DNA of 64,000 nucleotides from Podarcis erhardii (lineage: Eukaryota): assembly GCA_964252035.1 (NCBI GenBank), contig OZ176203.1; one strand, 5' to 3'. The notes beneath the pieces are model-generated. The model saw nothing but the letters and a program-made list of their open reading frames with translations. It was not told the origin of the DNA and made no database searches. Below, in pieces: positions 62,416 to 64,000 of the stretch. The translations under genes and the position numbers were made by a program. Within the stretch, counting starts at the first letter, position 1; each line of letters begins with the position of its first letter.

Positions 62416-62857
62416 CTATAAATAACAACCATACTTTTTGCTAAAAAGAGCTTTTTTCCTATCCTAGGTCTTTTGTCTTGGAGATGAATGCTATAATAAA
62501 TTTGCAGTCTTGGGGGGAGCATTGCTTGAACTATAACAGCAAGGTTTACAACTGTTGCTTGTATTATGAGGCAGATAAAAAACAACTGTGGAGCTTGATC
62601 TTTGTCACAGAAATGGATTAAGATTTCAACCTTCAGCTTGGGTCAAGTGTATGATCTTGCCCAAAGCATCCTGCAATTTAAACACTGTATGTGTGATTCT
62701 ATTCTTAACTCCAATTCTCCCCTCTTTACATTCTCCCAAGATGCAAAAGTTTTGTGGTTTTCTGCATGGAATCAAGGGCAGAAATGTCATATAAAATTAA
62801 GAAATCTGTTTTGGGGGTACGTCTTTTCATTACTAAGCTGGCTGTAGATCAACTATA

Positions 62858-63213
62858 CAGTGGTGCCTCGCAAGACAAAATTAATCCGTTCCGTGAGGCT
62901 CTTCGTATAGCGGTTTTCTTGTCTTGCGAAGCAAGCCCATTGACAGCTTAGCGGATTAGCGCTATTAGCGGTTTAGCGGCTTTTAGCGGATCAGCTGATA
63001 AGCGGCTTATTAGCGGATCAGCGGATAAGTGGCTTAGGGCTTAGGAAAAGGGGGGAAAAAGGGAAAAAACCCCACAGGAACTCGCAAGACATTTTCGTCT
63101 TGCGAAGCAAGCCCATAGGGAAATTCGTTTTGCGAAGCGCCTCCAAAATGGAGAACCCTTTCGTCTAGCGGGTTTTCCGTCTTGCGAGGCGTTCGTCTTG
63201 CGGGGCACGACTG
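62858..63213. mobile_element. Tc1/mariner (Tigger-like) MITE with internal AGCGG repeats
   Basis: TIRs CAGTGGTGCCTCGCAAGAC / GTCTTGCGGGGCACGACTG with TA flanks; internal GTCTTGCGAAGCAAGCCCAT at 62921-40 and 63097-116. Confidence 0.9.
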
Positions 63214-63773
63214 TACTTGGTGACTGTTGGTGACACTTCATTGGATAAGTGCTAAGGAAATGCTTGGAAATTTATTCTAGATTTTTCAGTAGACAGGTTA
63301 GTAAATGGACTGCTATCTTCTCCCAGGTTTGGTGTTCTCACATGTCAGGAAATAGGCTTTTGGGAACCCTCTGTTGGACAGAACCAGGCCAATTTTGTTA
63401 TGTGCAAGTGCACCTTCGAAAACATGGTTTAACAGGACAGTCGTATGCATTTCTACTAAATGCAAGCAAGCTTCATAGAGTTTGCTGTGACTTGCTCCCA
63501 GATATGTGTAGATAGCATAGTTACTCTTTTTCTTTTTAGCAGTAGTTAGTTCAGCATCTGCTCTTTCATTATAATTGCATAATATTTGCTTTAAAGATTA
63601 AACAATAACTTTCGTTTTCATGTTTAACAAATATAGGCAAACATCTTGACTTTGTGTGTTAATAAACAAATTAATTTTTCATCATCACCAGATTCATTTT
63701 TGTGAACTTTATCTGTGCAGTAAAAAAGATGGAATAAAACTATACTGTATAATTCAGATCCTCTTGTATTTGG

Positions 63774-63775
<2 letters not shown>

Positions 63776-63808
<33 letters not shown>
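63776..63808 (+). repeat. (TA)n microsatellite
   Basis: Directly visible. Confidence 0.95.
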
Positions 63809-63812
<4 letters not shown>

Positions 63813-64000
63813 AAACACAATACAATCTTAGCATCAAAGATCATATGGGATAGCTAAAGTTCCCCAAATATAGGGAAGGGAGGGATCTGTGTATTTACTA
63901 TGGAGCAGTGATTTGAAAAAAGGATATTTTTAGTGAACTGTTTTCACATTTACATGATTTCTGAAGAACTCCTGGGTGAGGTAAACCATACCAACAGCAT

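Noticed and set aside
25404-62585. ORFs containing long X runs (also 7794-8150 and 17650-17889)
   Set aside because: Artefacts of N gaps

Overview
Repeat-rich, AT-rich vertebrate genomic DNA with six N-gaps, so probably a short-read scaffold. The Sauria SINEs, tRNA-Lys/CR1-tailed SINEs and MITE families point to a squamate, most likely a lacertid lizard (inference). I could not support any intact host protein-coding gene, so the window looks intronic or intergenic. Well-supported content: a 5'-truncated L1 with a 16-bp target-site duplication (4952-6562, minus); a decayed but near-full-length Tc1 transposase element (about 37536-38904, minus); three Sauria SINEs; three tRNA-Lys-derived SINEs; L2 and BovB 3' ends; several hAT and Tc1/mariner MITEs; and a Penelope-like insertion. 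That insertion forms a perfect 95-bp inverted repeat carrying a minimal type I hammerhead ribozyme motif on each strand (59729-59931). Best leads: the hammerhead palindrome; an unexplained ~230-codon broken reading frame at 9830-10530 that rejoins if a 14-bp repeat unit is removed; a probable transposon excision footprint inside a MITE; a fold-back hairpin at the Tc1 end; and MITEs carrying promoter-type motifs. All family names come from motif recognition by eye, not from database searches.
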